Assembly (NCBI GenBank): GCA_963934255.1
Contig: CAWVXU010000007.1
Coordinates: 1-58,250 of the forward strand
Source: an uncultured Fibrobacterales bacterium
GTDB lineage: Bacteria; Fibrobacterota; Fibrobacteria; Fibrobacterales; CAWVXU01
DNA length: 58,250 bases
Direction of reading: 5' to 3'
Of the stretch, positions 8,619-18,096 are shown in pieces (within the stretch, counting starts at the first letter, position 1; the number at the start of each line of letters is the position of its first letter). The notes below the pieces were generated by a model, which saw only the letters and a list, made by a program, of their open reading frames with translations, did no database searches and was not told where the DNA came from. A program made the translations under genes and the position numbers.

Positions 8619-9596
8619 CTATAGTCCCTTTATCCTTTGTAGAATAAAGTCCCATCGGTTATCATCAATTTCAGCACCAATGACTTTTACCACCTCAGAA
8701 GCCACAATACTCCCCATTTCTCCACAAATACTTATTTTTTTTTGTTTTGATAATCCGAATAAAAATCCTGCTGCCCACAAATCACCTGCTCCAGTTGTAT
8801 CAATTGCATCAACTTTAACAGCATTTACTCGTGTTAGCTCACCTAATTTATTGATCATAGACCCTCGAGACCCAATTTTCAGCACTGCAATATCCGCCTC
8901 CTTGGATAAAAATTCTAGCATTTCTTCTTCATTTAACCCTTTATCGCAATAAGCTGCTGCTTCATCTTCATTTGCTATGAGAATGTCTACATATTTTGGG
9001 ATAACTTCTTTCAATAAATCATTTTTGAACTGAACGACCTCAAAAGACGCTAAATCCAAACTAACTAGTGCTCCAGCTGCTTTGGCCAATTCCAACACTA
9101 GGCGAAATACAGGCTCATTAAAGGCTAAATAACCTTCAATATGAACTATCCCACAATCAATAAAGTTAGCACCTTTAAGGTTTTCAGTAGAAACCTCAGC
9201 AGAGGCGCCTAAAAATGTAAACATTGTCCTCTGAGCATCAGGTGTGATGAGAGAGACTACTCTTCCAGTACAAGAATCACTTTTGATGAGGTGTGAAGTC
9301 ACTCCGTTTTTTATGATGGATGATTCAAATGATTGACCTAATTCATCAATCCCTACTTTACCAACGAAGCTTGATTCCCCCCCGAGACGACTAATGCCAA
9401 CTAAAGTATTACAAGCTGACCCACCAGCCACTACAGAGGCCTTTTCAGAACACTCAAGCATCAATTGTTGAGATTTCGCATCGTCCACAAGTGTCATCCC
9501 ACCTTTAGGGGAGCCGAGTGTTTCAAGGTATTCATCTGACACTTGAGCAAGCACGTCCATTAAGGCTGCACCGACTCCAAAAATTTTTTTTTTCAT
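8619..9596 (-). CDS. PfkB-family sugar/nucleoside kinase (adenosine kinase-like)
   Basis: PKGGMTLVD, AGGSACNT, ANEDEA and DTTGAGDLWAAGFL motifs. Confidence 0.9.
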   Translation of the reverse strand: MKKKIFGVGAALMDVLAQVSDEYLETLGSPKGGMTLVDDAKSQQLMLECSEKASVVAGGSACNTLVGISRLGGESSFVGKVGIDELGQSFESSIIKNGVTSHLIKSDSCTGRVVSLITPDAQRTMFTFLGASAEVSTENLKGANFIDCGIVHIEGYLAFNEPVFRLVLELAKAAGALVSLDLASFEVVQFKNDLLKEVIPKYVDILIANEDEAAAYCDKGLNEEEMLEFLSKEADIAVLKIGSRGSMINKLGELTRVNAVKVDAIDTTGAGDLWAAGFLFGLSKQKKISICGEMGSIVASEVVKVIGAEIDDNRWDFILQRIKGL

Positions 9597-10417
9597 CTTT
9601 TCCCTTTTCGTTCTTTCATTTTCTGTGAAATTTCAATCAAGCGAGACTGGTCCCGTTCACCTAAATTTTTTCTTCCAACTTTTGAAACTTTTTTTAACAA
9701 TTCGTCTAATTCTCTATCTAATTCATAGAATGTATCTTGATTTACATTCAATTTCTCTACTACTTTTTCACCATATTCATTAATTGGAAATTGATAAACC
9801 TGACCTTTAGGTTCTCGCAATCCTGACCTTTTACCTTTAAGCAATTCAAGAATATACCGAGCTGATATTTTCATTTCAACAATACCCCAAATCAAAGAGG
9901 GGATAAGGGTTATTATTAAAAATGGCCAGGCTAACTGATTATATGTCATCAAAAGAATAAAGACAAAAATAATTGTGGCATATTTCATTTGAATTTGAAA
10001 CAAAAAGAAAATATGAATTTTACGATCGGAAAACAAAAAACCAGACAATATAAATAGATGTAAATTCAGGAGAATTGACCCTCCAATCAGGCCTGGTTCC
10101 CCAACAAATTCACGGTAAGTTAACGCAAGAATAGGCACTAATGTGATATACAATAAATAAAAATAATTCCATTTTTTTAAACCCAGCCTATAATATAAGT
10201 CTAGACCTAAAGTCCATAAAATCAAAATATGTATCAATCCACTAAGAGGTCCACCGCCTATTATAGGCCAGAAAACATTGAATAAAGGTTGAGTTCCATC
10301 TTGCCCTTGAAATTTTGGAAGAAGTTGAGGAAAAAAACTTAACACTGTCCCAAAAGCAAAAAAACAAATAAGAACTTGTAACATTCTAGGTAAAGATTTG
10401 AACGAGGTGAATCCCAT
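9593..10417 (-). CDS. Rhomboid-like membrane protein with C-terminal DUF6576-like helix bundle, probably catalytically inactive
   Basis: About 6 TMs; C-terminal ELDELLKKVSKVGRKNLGERDQSRL; GxS followed by I rather than G, and no AHxxG His motif seen. Confidence 0.6.
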   Translation of the reverse strand: MGFTSFKSLPRMLQVLICFFAFGTVLSFFPQLLPKFQGQDGTQPLFNVFWPIIGGGPLSGLIHILILWTLGLDLYYRLGLKKWNYFYLLYITLVPILALTYREFVGEPGLIGGSILLNLHLFILSGFLFSDRKIHIFFLFQIQMKYATIIFVFILLMTYNQLAWPFLIITLIPSLIWGIVEMKISARYILELLKGKRSGLREPKGQVYQFPINEYGEKVVEKLNVNQDTFYELDRELDELLKKVSKVGRKNLGERDQSRLIEISQKMKERKGKR

Positions 10418-10891
10418 TTATTGATCCTTTAAAAATTTGTAAAAAATTTGCGGTACTAGATTTTCAATTGGTTTTCTCAGAGCAATCAATTCTTTGACAT
10501 AAGATGAACTCAAATACAGGAGTTCAGGCTGGCTACCTATGAATATAGTTTCACACTTAGCATAGATACCTTGATTCATAATCGAAAGCCTGTATTCATC
10601 ACACCAGTCATTACTGTCTCTTACACCTCGAATAATAGCCGCAGCATCGAACAGATCTATGGCATCGACTGTTGCCCCATCAATGGCTTCTATACGCACC
10701 CTTGTTATCTTTTCATTATTAATTGTTTTTTTGATGAGCTCAAGTCGTTTTTCAATTGGAATCAGAGGGGTTTTATTAGAATTAACTGCTACAAGAATAA
10801 TCAGTTCATCACATAGGTTTAACGATCTTTTAATGAGGTTCAAATGCCCCATTGTCATTGGATCAAAACTTCCTGGATAGATTAAACGCAT
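10418..10891 (-). CDS. coaD: Pantetheine-phosphate adenylyltransferase
   Basis: IYPGSFDPMTMGH, IIRGVR and LSSSYVKE motifs; next to rsmD. Confidence 0.93.
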   Translation of the reverse strand: MRLIYPGSFDPMTMGHLNLIKRSLNLCDELIILVAVNSNKTPLIPIEKRLELIKKTINNEKITRVRIEAIDGATVDAIDLFDAAAIIRGVRDSNDWCDEYRLSIMNQGIYAKCETIFIGSQPELLYLSSSYVKELIALRKPIENLVPQIFYKFLKDQ

Positions 10892-10895
10892 AATT

Positions 10896-11432
10896 TTAAC
10901 TTTCGAAAATTGCTAGGGAGGATACCCCATATTTTTTGATCTTGGACGCCGATTTAAGCCAATTAGCTTTCAAACTTGTGGGATACTGTATAACTATGCT
11001 ATCAAACCTATTTTTTTGAGCAACAATATATCCAAGATCGGGAAACACAATATCAAACGGAGGATCTAGGAAAAGAATTGTATTGTCCTCGACTGCCCCC
11101 TCTAGAAAGCTTTTGAAAAAATCATTGGCCGAGTTATTTATAATTTGAACCTGAGGACCTAGTTCAAACTTCAATGTATTACTTTGAATAATCTGACAAA
11201 CAAGTTCTGATGATTCTACAAATACAACTTTATTGGCACCTCGAGAAAGAGCTTCAAAGCCTACACTCCCTGAGCCAGCATAGACATCGTACAAAATTAG
11301 GCCGGAAAAATTCTGACCTAATATGTTAAACAAAGCTTGCCTAGTTTTATTTGATGTGGGTCTAGTTTTTTCACCATCAGGTGTATCAACTATTTGCCCT
11401 CTAAGCCGACCACCACTTATCTGAGTACTCAT
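10896..11432 (-). CDS. rsmD: 16S rRNA m2G966 methyltransferase
   Basis: ISGGRLRG, TRPT, YAGSGSVGFEALSRGA and FLDPPF motifs. Confidence 0.9.
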   Translation of the reverse strand: MSTQISGGRLRGQIVDTPDGEKTRPTSNKTRQALFNILGQNFSGLILYDVYAGSGSVGFEALSRGANKVVFVESSELVCQIIQSNTLKFELGPQVQIINNSANDFFKSFLEGAVEDNTILFLDPPFDIVFPDLGYIVAQKNRFDSIVIQYPTSLKANWLKSASKIKKYGVSSLAIFES

Positions 11433-12358
11433 CAGTTTTTATGGTAAACCACTAAATCAAATACTCCTGATATTTCTTCTTCAGGAGTCGCTTTCATGGT
11501 AAGCTGGACAATCCCTATCGGAGTTTTTGATTTCTTTAACTTATTTAAGAAAGGGAATAATGTTTTATAGGTTGATTTGAATTCAACTCGAACAATATTG
11601 CGAGTGTACTTCCCGTCTTTTTGTTTGGCGCTTTCAACAACTTTTTGAATATTAAGACCTGCTTGAATGGCAATCTTTTTCATTTCAGCGAGGCTTTTAG
11701 TCACAGCTAGAGCATAATTTAAATTTTTATTGGATGATTTAGGAGTCTTAGGCAAAGCAAATTCACCATAGATAGTAAACTCTTTTGCTTTACCACTAAT
11801 GCCTCTATTTTTCTCTTTAGACACTTTTAATTGACTAGATACTTTTTTAAGAGCCTTCTGGAAACTAGTATACTCTTTAGATGTCGGAGCTAAGCCATGC
11901 ATAAAGTAATAATTGGGAGCTTGAATTATCAACGAAGAGAAACCTACACCATTTCCAGAAGCTTGTAAGATTCTTTTGAGCATTGATTCTACTGCAACTC
12001 TTTGACCATAGATATTTTCGTTAGGATAACCTTTTCCTCGAGCAGCTGGCTTTGGTTTTTTGGCAACTTGAACATCACTAACTGTTTCTTCAACAGCAAT
12101 AGCTGCCGTAGGAACAACCTTCTTCGGAGTTTTCTTTGGAGCTTTTAAGTTCTTATTTATAACCTGTTTATCAGGAGCAGGCTTTAATTCACCCGCAGGC
12201 TTACTTTGCTGAAAATACAAAGCACCAATGCCAATCACTACAAGTCCGATAATTAAGCTCAAAATTAGTTTCAAAGAACTCTTTGGTTTTTTAGTGTCAA
12301 GGTCTGATATAAATATGTCACTAGACATACCCTCACCTAATAAATTTACTTTATACAT
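11432..12358 (-). CDS. PilN/PilO-like inner-membrane protein (apparent PilN-PilO fusion)
   Basis: N-terminal VNLL motif, one TM, Lys/Pro linker, then two putative ferredoxin-like segments; the last resembles PilO/GspM (VEFKSTYKTLFPFLNKL); 1 nt downstream of the PilM-like gene. Confidence 0.55.
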   Translation of the reverse strand: MYKVNLLGEGMSSDIFISDLDTKKPKSSLKLILSLIIGLVVIGIGALYFQQSKPAGELKPAPDKQVINKNLKAPKKTPKKVVPTAAIAVEETVSDVQVAKKPKPAARGKGYPNENIYGQRVAVESMLKRILQASGNGVGFSSLIIQAPNYYFMHGLAPTSKEYTSFQKALKKVSSQLKVSKEKNRGISGKAKEFTIYGEFALPKTPKSSNKNLNYALAVTKSLAEMKKIAIQAGLNIQKVVESAKQKDGKYTRNIVRVEFKSTYKTLFPFLNKLKKSKTPIGIVQLTMKATPEEEISGVFDLVVYHKN

Positions 12359-12359
12359 A

Positions 12360-13193
12360 CTAAACCGTTAGTCCTCTTAAAGCCAATGAATACGGAAGAG
12401 CTAATGCGCCTTTTTGACTAGCTTCCACCATTTGGTCACTGTCTGGGTCAATATCAATTATTATTATACTGTTATCTAATGCTTCTAATACCTCAGAGAC
12501 TTCCGATGCCATGGAGCCAAAACAGACTAAAGGTATAGCTGCTGCATCTGTATACTGTCTTTCTAGGAAAAACTGTATTTTTGATGAGCATTCAGTGAAG
12601 TTTTCCAATACTACTTTTTCTCGATAGTTAATTCCTGAATGAACAAATGAAACCATGTCTAGTGAATCATTTTCAACTTGAACTGTTACATAAGACTCAC
12701 CAATTTCCGGGAGTAATTTCTCAGCCAAATTTGAAACTGTCACCTCATAGGCATCCAAAATGTTAATTGGGCGTGTCAGAGTCTTCAATTGTCTTTTCAG
12801 TTCTGATATTTCGTTAGGACTAATCGCAACAGCCACAGCACTCTTTGGCTCTGAATCAGTTATATCCACACTAAATGAGTAATTTTCTTTAGGCTGGGCT
12901 AGGAGTTGAGATAATTTCCAAATAATAAACTCATTTGCATCATCTATATCTTCAGGTATAATTGAACTAAACGCTACTTCACTATTGAGTTTGGCCAGTA
13001 GTATAACGGGTGATTCTTTATGCTCAATTTCACTTAATAGTGCATTGATCTCTGTCGTTGGGAAACCAGTTTCACTACTATAGTCAACAAGTTTACTTTT
13101 AATGATTTGCTGACTCTGATTCATTTCTAGGAACCGAATCTGGTTGGAGCTTATATCAAGTCCAACTGCACCATGTTTCTTAGCCATAAACAC
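12360..13193 (-). CDS. Divergent PilM-like actin-fold protein (second copy)
   Basis: AVGLDIS at the N-terminus; AVAVAISPNEI...PINILDAY and YSLALRGL at the C-terminus parallel the PilM at 26462-27553; start GTG 13193 or ATG 13187. Confidence 0.6.
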   Translation of the reverse strand: MFMAKKHGAVGLDISSNQIRFLEMNQSQQIIKSKLVDYSSETGFPTTEINALLSEIEHKESPVILLAKLNSEVAFSSIIPEDIDDANEFIIWKLSQLLAQPKENYSFSVDITDSEPKSAVAVAISPNEISELKRQLKTLTRPINILDAYEVTVSNLAEKLLPEIGESYVTVQVENDSLDMVSFVHSGINYREKVVLENFTECSSKIQFFLERQYTDAAAIPLVCFGSMASEVSEVLEALDNSIIIIDIDPDSDQMVEASQKGALALPYSLALRGLTV

Positions 13194-13223
13194 CCGAGGA
13201 TAAAAGAGATAGACTAACCTAAT

Positions 13224-13763
13224 TTACTTAAATTTAACATTCTGAAGAATCAATTGCAATTTTTTATTGCCTAATCCTTTGACTTTCAGTAAATCAGACC
13301 CAGTTTTGAATGAATTTGGACCCTTTTGCCTCTCAATTATTCTTTGCGCCAATACCGGCCCAATCCCCTTGATTGAAATCAACTCTTGTTTTGACGCAAT
13401 ATTCACATTGAATCTCTTAGCTAATTCCATAGTCTTAGGTTTTTTCTTTTGTCTTTTCGATTTTTTCGATGTTTTTTTTACCTCGAAAAAGACCTTTGAT
13501 TCGGAGAATACTTTACCCTTCATGGGTTGTTTTTTATACTCAGGTTTAATTGAAAGAGGTTTATTAAGGAATTGATTTTGGAATTGAGCTTTATCCATCT
13601 GAACATCAGCAATTTGAGGTGGTTTTAAATTGTCTTTCATGAAAAGAAAAAATGGAGACTTGATAGAAGTCTCCTTAAAGTTTTGAAAATTCTGCATAAA
13701 TAGCCCACCTACCCAGAGTAAGAGACTATAAAGAATTAATTTACGATCTTTCTTCTTTAGCAT
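13224..13763 (-). CDS. comEA: ComEA-family helix-hairpin-helix DNA-binding protein
   Basis: N-terminal TM; NVNIASKQELISIKGIGPVLAQRII...DLLKVKGLG; overlaps the pyrG end by 23 nt. Confidence 0.85.
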   Translation of the reverse strand: MLKKKDRKLILYSLLLWVGGLFMQNFQNFKETSIKSPFFLFMKDNLKPPQIADVQMDKAQFQNQFLNKPLSIKPEYKKQPMKGKVFSESKVFFEVKKTSKKSKRQKKKPKTMELAKRFNVNIASKQELISIKGIGPVLAQRIIERQKGPNSFKTGSDLLKVKGLGNKKLQLILQNVKFK

Positions 13764-15399
13764 AGTTATCGGCAGCTTTTACAAGTTCTACAAATAACTT
13801 TGACGGGTGAAGTAAGGTAGATGTTAACTCAGGATGAAATTGCCCTGCAACAAAAAAACGATGCTCTGATATCTCACAGATTTGTTGAATATTCTCATGC
13901 TTGGCCTTTCCTGAAAAGATCATACCTGCAGCTTCGATATCAGCAACATAAAGCGGATTAACTTCATATCGATGTCTAAAACGAGCACGAATCTCATTAC
14001 TTCCATATACCTCTTCGGCTTTGGACCCCTCACGAATAAGAATATCATGACCACCCAAGCGCATGGTACCACCCATATTTTTTACTTCTCTTTGATTTTC
14101 TAGAATACAAATCACTGGTCGATCAACCTGGTTGCCATCTCTTTCTACTTCAGAAGTATTTGCATCCGTCCAACCCACAACATTTCTAGCATATTCTACT
14201 ACGCTTAATTGCATTCCATAACATATGCCCATAAATGGAACGTTATTTTCTCGAACATACTTGATTATTGAAATTTTGCCTTCAATACCCCGAGTTCCAA
14301 ATCCGCCAGGAACAATCACACCATCAACACCCTTTAAGATTTCGTTGGGATCTAATCCGAGGTTTTCAACTTCTTCTGTATCGATCCATTGAATATCAAT
14401 TGGTAAATCCAAATGTGCTGAGGAATGATTCAATGCTTCAACTACGCTAGCATATGAATCTTCAAGAGCGGTATATTTGCCACAAATGGCAATTTTTACA
14501 GCTTGATCTTTGGACGCTTTATTTCTATTGAAATTATCAACCAATATTGACCATTGATGTAAATCTGGCGGAGCATACAAATTGAGTTTTTTGTTGATTA
14601 ACTCTGGTAGACCTTCATCTACATAACGCAATGGGATCTCATAAACATTGGACAAGTCTTCACCAGAGATAACTGCTTCTTTATCAATGTTGCAAAACAT
14701 TGCCACTTTTTCTTTGATATTTTCCGCAATTTTCTCAGAACATCTCGCCACGATGACATCAGGATAAATCCCTTTTTCATTGAGGTCTCTAATCGACATT
14801 TGAGTCGGTTTTGATTTCTGCTCTCCTACTCCACTAGGGATTGGGACATAGGTGAGGTGAACATAAAGGATATTGTCTTGACCGACGTCATGACCTAATT
14901 GTCTTACTGACTCAAGATAAAATTGATTTTCAAGATCACCGACTGTTCCACCCACTTCAATAAGCAAGATATCAGGCTCTTCGTCATCGGCAACTTCATA
15001 AAATTTGTCTTTAATTAAGTCTGTCACATGTGGTAAAAACTGTACCGTCTTACCTAGATAAGCACCTTCGCGTTCTTTTTCTAAAATCTCTTTAAAGATT
15101 TTACCCATGGTGAGGTTCCATTTGAATTTGGCGGTACAATCCAAATAGCGTTCATAATGACCAAAGTCCATATCAACTTCTCCACCATCATCTAAAACGA
15201 ATACTTCGCCATGTTCTGTTGGATTCATTGTGCCAGGGTCTGTATTAAGGTAACCATCACATTTGATAGGGACTATCTTTAATTTGGATGACAATATTGC
15301 ACCAATTGAAGCCGCACAAATTCCTTTGCCTAAACCGGATATTACGCCTCCAGTAACTACAATAAACTTGGTTTTACCATTATACTTTTTAAAAGCCAT
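13741..15399 (-). CDS. pyrG: CTP synthase
   Basis: TGGVISGLGKG, KSKPTQ, GICYGMQ (catalytic Cys), RHRYEVN and QFHPE motifs. Confidence 0.98.
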   Translation of the reverse strand: MAFKKYNGKTKFIVVTGGVISGLGKGICAASIGAILSSKLKIVPIKCDGYLNTDPGTMNPTEHGEVFVLDDGGEVDMDFGHYERYLDCTAKFKWNLTMGKIFKEILEKEREGAYLGKTVQFLPHVTDLIKDKFYEVADDEEPDILLIEVGGTVGDLENQFYLESVRQLGHDVGQDNILYVHLTYVPIPSGVGEQKSKPTQMSIRDLNEKGIYPDVIVARCSEKIAENIKEKVAMFCNIDKEAVISGEDLSNVYEIPLRYVDEGLPELINKKLNLYAPPDLHQWSILVDNFNRNKASKDQAVKIAICGKYTALEDSYASVVEALNHSSAHLDLPIDIQWIDTEEVENLGLDPNEILKGVDGVIVPGGFGTRGIEGKISIIKYVRENNVPFMGICYGMQLSVVEYARNVVGWTDANTSEVERDGNQVDRPVICILENQREVKNMGGTMRLGGHDILIREGSKAEEVYGSNEIRARFRHRYEVNPLYVADIEAAGMIFSGKAKHENIQQICEISEHRFFVAGQFHPELTSTLLHPSKLFVELVKAADNYAKEERS

Positions 15400-15455
15400 C
15401 TTTAAACTCTATTCATCTTTTTATACAAATTCAATTTTACCATAATAACTATGAC

Positions 15456-15740
15456 CTAGCCAATCACTTTAGGGATTGCGAAATGATGTTGATCCACCGA
15501 TGGGGCATTTAAAAATGCTTCTTCTCTAGATAAAGACTTTTTAATCTCATCTTCTCTCACAAAGCCGGCCTTATCATCAACAGTTGTCAATGGCTCAAGT
15601 CCAGTGACATCGCACTCTTTTAAATTTTCCATATGAGATAGCATTTTAGCAAAATGCTCTTGTAAACCACTAATCTCTTCGGTTTTGACTTCTAATCGAG
15701 ACAACTTCGCCAGTTTTTGAATTTCTGCTTCAGTTAACAT
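15456..15740 (-). CDS. gatC: Asp/Glu-tRNA amidotransferase subunit C
   Basis: KLAKLSRL, VREDE and NAP...FAIPKVI motifs; 94 aa. Confidence 0.92.
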   Translation of the reverse strand: MLTEAEIQKLAKLSRLEVKTEEISGLQEHFAKMLSHMENLKECDVTGLEPLTTVDDKAGFVREDEIKKSLSREEAFLNAPSVDQHHFAIPKVIG

Positions 15741-15747
15741 ATTTTAC

Positions 15748-18096
15748 CTAACCAATCACTTGTAAATTAGCGAATTTGAGTACTAATTTCTTAACGCCCA
15801 CTGTTGAAAATTTAATCTCAACTCGAGCGTTATCATCTTGACCACTACAACTTAATACCAAACCATGCCCATATTTTGGGTGCATGACTTTTCTACCTAC
15901 ATCCAAATATAAAAATTCTTGGTCAAAAGAATCCCCTGTTGAGGTATTTTGAACTTTTACCGGCTTGGGATGCTCAGGGACTGAGCTTCTGGTGTTTTTG
16001 AAGCTACTTTCTTGATTAAAATTATTCCATGATTTAGTCCCGCCAGTATTGCTGTCTTTCCCACGAAATGGGCTCTGTCGTCTTGGTGCCGCAGTCCTCC
16101 AGGATAAATCATTAGAGCCAGACCAAGTATTTGAGACTCGTTCATCTAATGTCTCACAGACACTTAAATCTAACTCAGAGATGAAACGACTGGGTTTAAA
16201 GGTTTCATCCATACCACGAATCTTACGAACTTGGGACGAATAAATTGAGAGCTCATTTTCGGCTCGAGTTGCCCCGACATAGAACAATCTTCGTTCTTCC
16301 TCTAACTCACTCTCATCTTCTCCCCGAATTAACGGTAAAACCCCTTCACAAACACCTGACATATGAACAAATGGGAATTCTAAACCTTTGGATGCATGTA
16401 AAGTCATCATCCAAACCGCATCACCATCATTTTCCATCTTCTCAAAATCAGTCGATAAAGCCTGTGTTTGGAGAAATTCGTCTAATTCAATCCCCGGAAT
16501 ATCTTCGTCGGCATCCACCACTGCATTGATAAACTCTTCTAGATTCTCAAGTCGATCTTTGGATTCCTCTGTATTCTCTTTTTCAAGTGAATTTTGGTAG
16601 CCAGAGTCACGAATGACTGCCTCAACTAAATTGGGTAATGCCGAATTTTTGAGTTGAGACCTTAAATTATTTATAACTAATGCAAAGCTTAAGACTTTTT
16701 GCGCTGATCCTTTAGAAAGAACTTCACTAGCATTTCCCAAGCAATCTCCTAAACTCATCATATGAAGTTCAGCATAACTTCTCAGCTTATCAATTGAAGT
16801 TTGTCCGATTCCACGCTTGGGAGTATTTATGATTCTTAATAAAGATTGCTCATCCTCTGGATTGACCAAATATCTTAAGTACCCAAGTATGTCTTTAATT
16901 TCTTTTCTTTGATAAAACGAGGTTCCTCCTACTAATTTATAAGGTATTCCTCTTTTACGGAATTGTTCTTCTAGAGCTCTCGATTGTGCATTAGTTCTAT
17001 AAAAGACTGCTGTTTTAAAATAATTTTCTTTTGTGTTTAAAGCAATATTCAGACTAATTTTACTTGCCTCAGAGTTTTCATCATTGAGGTGAATTATTTT
17101 TACTTTATCGCCTGATTCTTTGGTGCTAAAAACTTTTTTAGAAAAAACTTCTTTGCGTTCGTTATTTTCAATAACTGAGCCTGCTGCTCGTACTATATTG
17201 GCCGAGCTTCTAAAATTCTCTTCTAATTTGAAAATTTTAGCTGTCTCAAAATCCTTATTGAAACTTTGTAGGATCCGCAGGTCAGCACCACGCCACCCAT
17301 AAATTGATTGATCATCATCACCTACAACTGTTAAAGCTGGGTTATCTACGCCCATTAACAGTTTGATTAATGCATACTGAACCGGATTAGTATCTTGATA
17401 CTCATCCACAAAGGCATATTTAAATTTCTTTTGAAACTTACCGCGAATATCAGGATTGAGCTTCAACAGCTCAACTGTTTCTGACAATAAATCATCAAAA
17501 TCAAAAGCATTCTGCTTTTTAAGGGCGTCCTGATAATCACCATATAAATCCGCGACAAATCTTTGCTCAAAGTATTCGGCTAGATCCTTAGCATCATCGG
17601 GTTGGATTCCTTTGTTTTTGAATCCACTGATAATGGAACGCATTTTTCTAATCTCAGCGGCACTTGAGTCTACGCCTTTTGATTTCAATAATTGACGAAT
17701 CACCTTTTTTTGATCATCATCATCATAAATTGAAAAGGTTTTGGTTTGAGCTTTAACTCCAAAAAGAGGTTGCTCTTGAGGAAGTGCCATTCTTAGAATC
17801 TTGACACAAATTGAGTGAAAAGTTCCTAGCCATAAGAAATTCACATTGGTCTCAAGCATTGTACTAAGTCGTTTCTTTAATTCACCCGCTGCTTTATTGG
17901 TAAATGTGACACCTAACATTTGATTTGGGCTGACCAAGCTCTCTGATAATAAATAAGCCATTTTGTAGGTGACAACTCTTGTTTTACCTGAGCCGGCTCC
18001 TGCAAGTATTAAACATGGACCATCAACACAAAGCGCCGCTTCTAATTGAGGCGGCGTTAAATTATTTTTGAGCATTTCTAAAGATATATTTTTCAT
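15748..18096 (-). CDS. pcrA: UvrD/PcrA superfamily 1 DNA helicase
   Basis: AGAGSGKT, VDEYQDTN, VGDDDQSIYGWRGA, TLHASKGLEF, EERRLFYVG and C-terminal Tudor-like HPKYGHG. Confidence 0.95.
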   Translation of the reverse strand: MKNISLEMLKNNLTPPQLEAALCVDGPCLILAGAGSGKTRVVTYKMAYLLSESLVSPNQMLGVTFTNKAAGELKKRLSTMLETNVNFLWLGTFHSICVKILRMALPQEQPLFGVKAQTKTFSIYDDDDQKKVIRQLLKSKGVDSSAAEIRKMRSIISGFKNKGIQPDDAKDLAEYFEQRFVADLYGDYQDALKKQNAFDFDDLLSETVELLKLNPDIRGKFQKKFKYAFVDEYQDTNPVQYALIKLLMGVDNPALTVVGDDDQSIYGWRGADLRILQSFNKDFETAKIFKLEENFRSSANIVRAAGSVIENNERKEVFSKKVFSTKESGDKVKIIHLNDENSEASKISLNIALNTKENYFKTAVFYRTNAQSRALEEQFRKRGIPYKLVGGTSFYQRKEIKDILGYLRYLVNPEDEQSLLRIINTPKRGIGQTSIDKLRSYAELHMMSLGDCLGNASEVLSKGSAQKVLSFALVINNLRSQLKNSALPNLVEAVIRDSGYQNSLEKENTEESKDRLENLEEFINAVVDADEDIPGIELDEFLQTQALSTDFEKMENDGDAVWMMTLHASKGLEFPFVHMSGVCEGVLPLIRGEDESELEEERRLFYVGATRAENELSIYSSQVRKIRGMDETFKPSRFISELDLSVCETLDERVSNTWSGSNDLSWRTAAPRRQSPFRGKDSNTGGTKSWNNFNQESSFKNTRSSVPEHPKPVKVQNTSTGDSFDQEFLYLDVGRKVMHPKYGHGLVLSCSGQDDNARVEIKFSTVGVKKLVLKFANLQVIG

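Noticed and set aside
15454..15761. 16-bp imperfect direct repeat ACCTARCCAATCACTT flanking gatC (15454-15469 and 15746-15761)
   Set aside because: Both copies simply encode the C-terminal VIG-stop of gatC and pcrA, and no mobility gene is nearby; probably coincidence, though an ancient insertion cannot be excluded.
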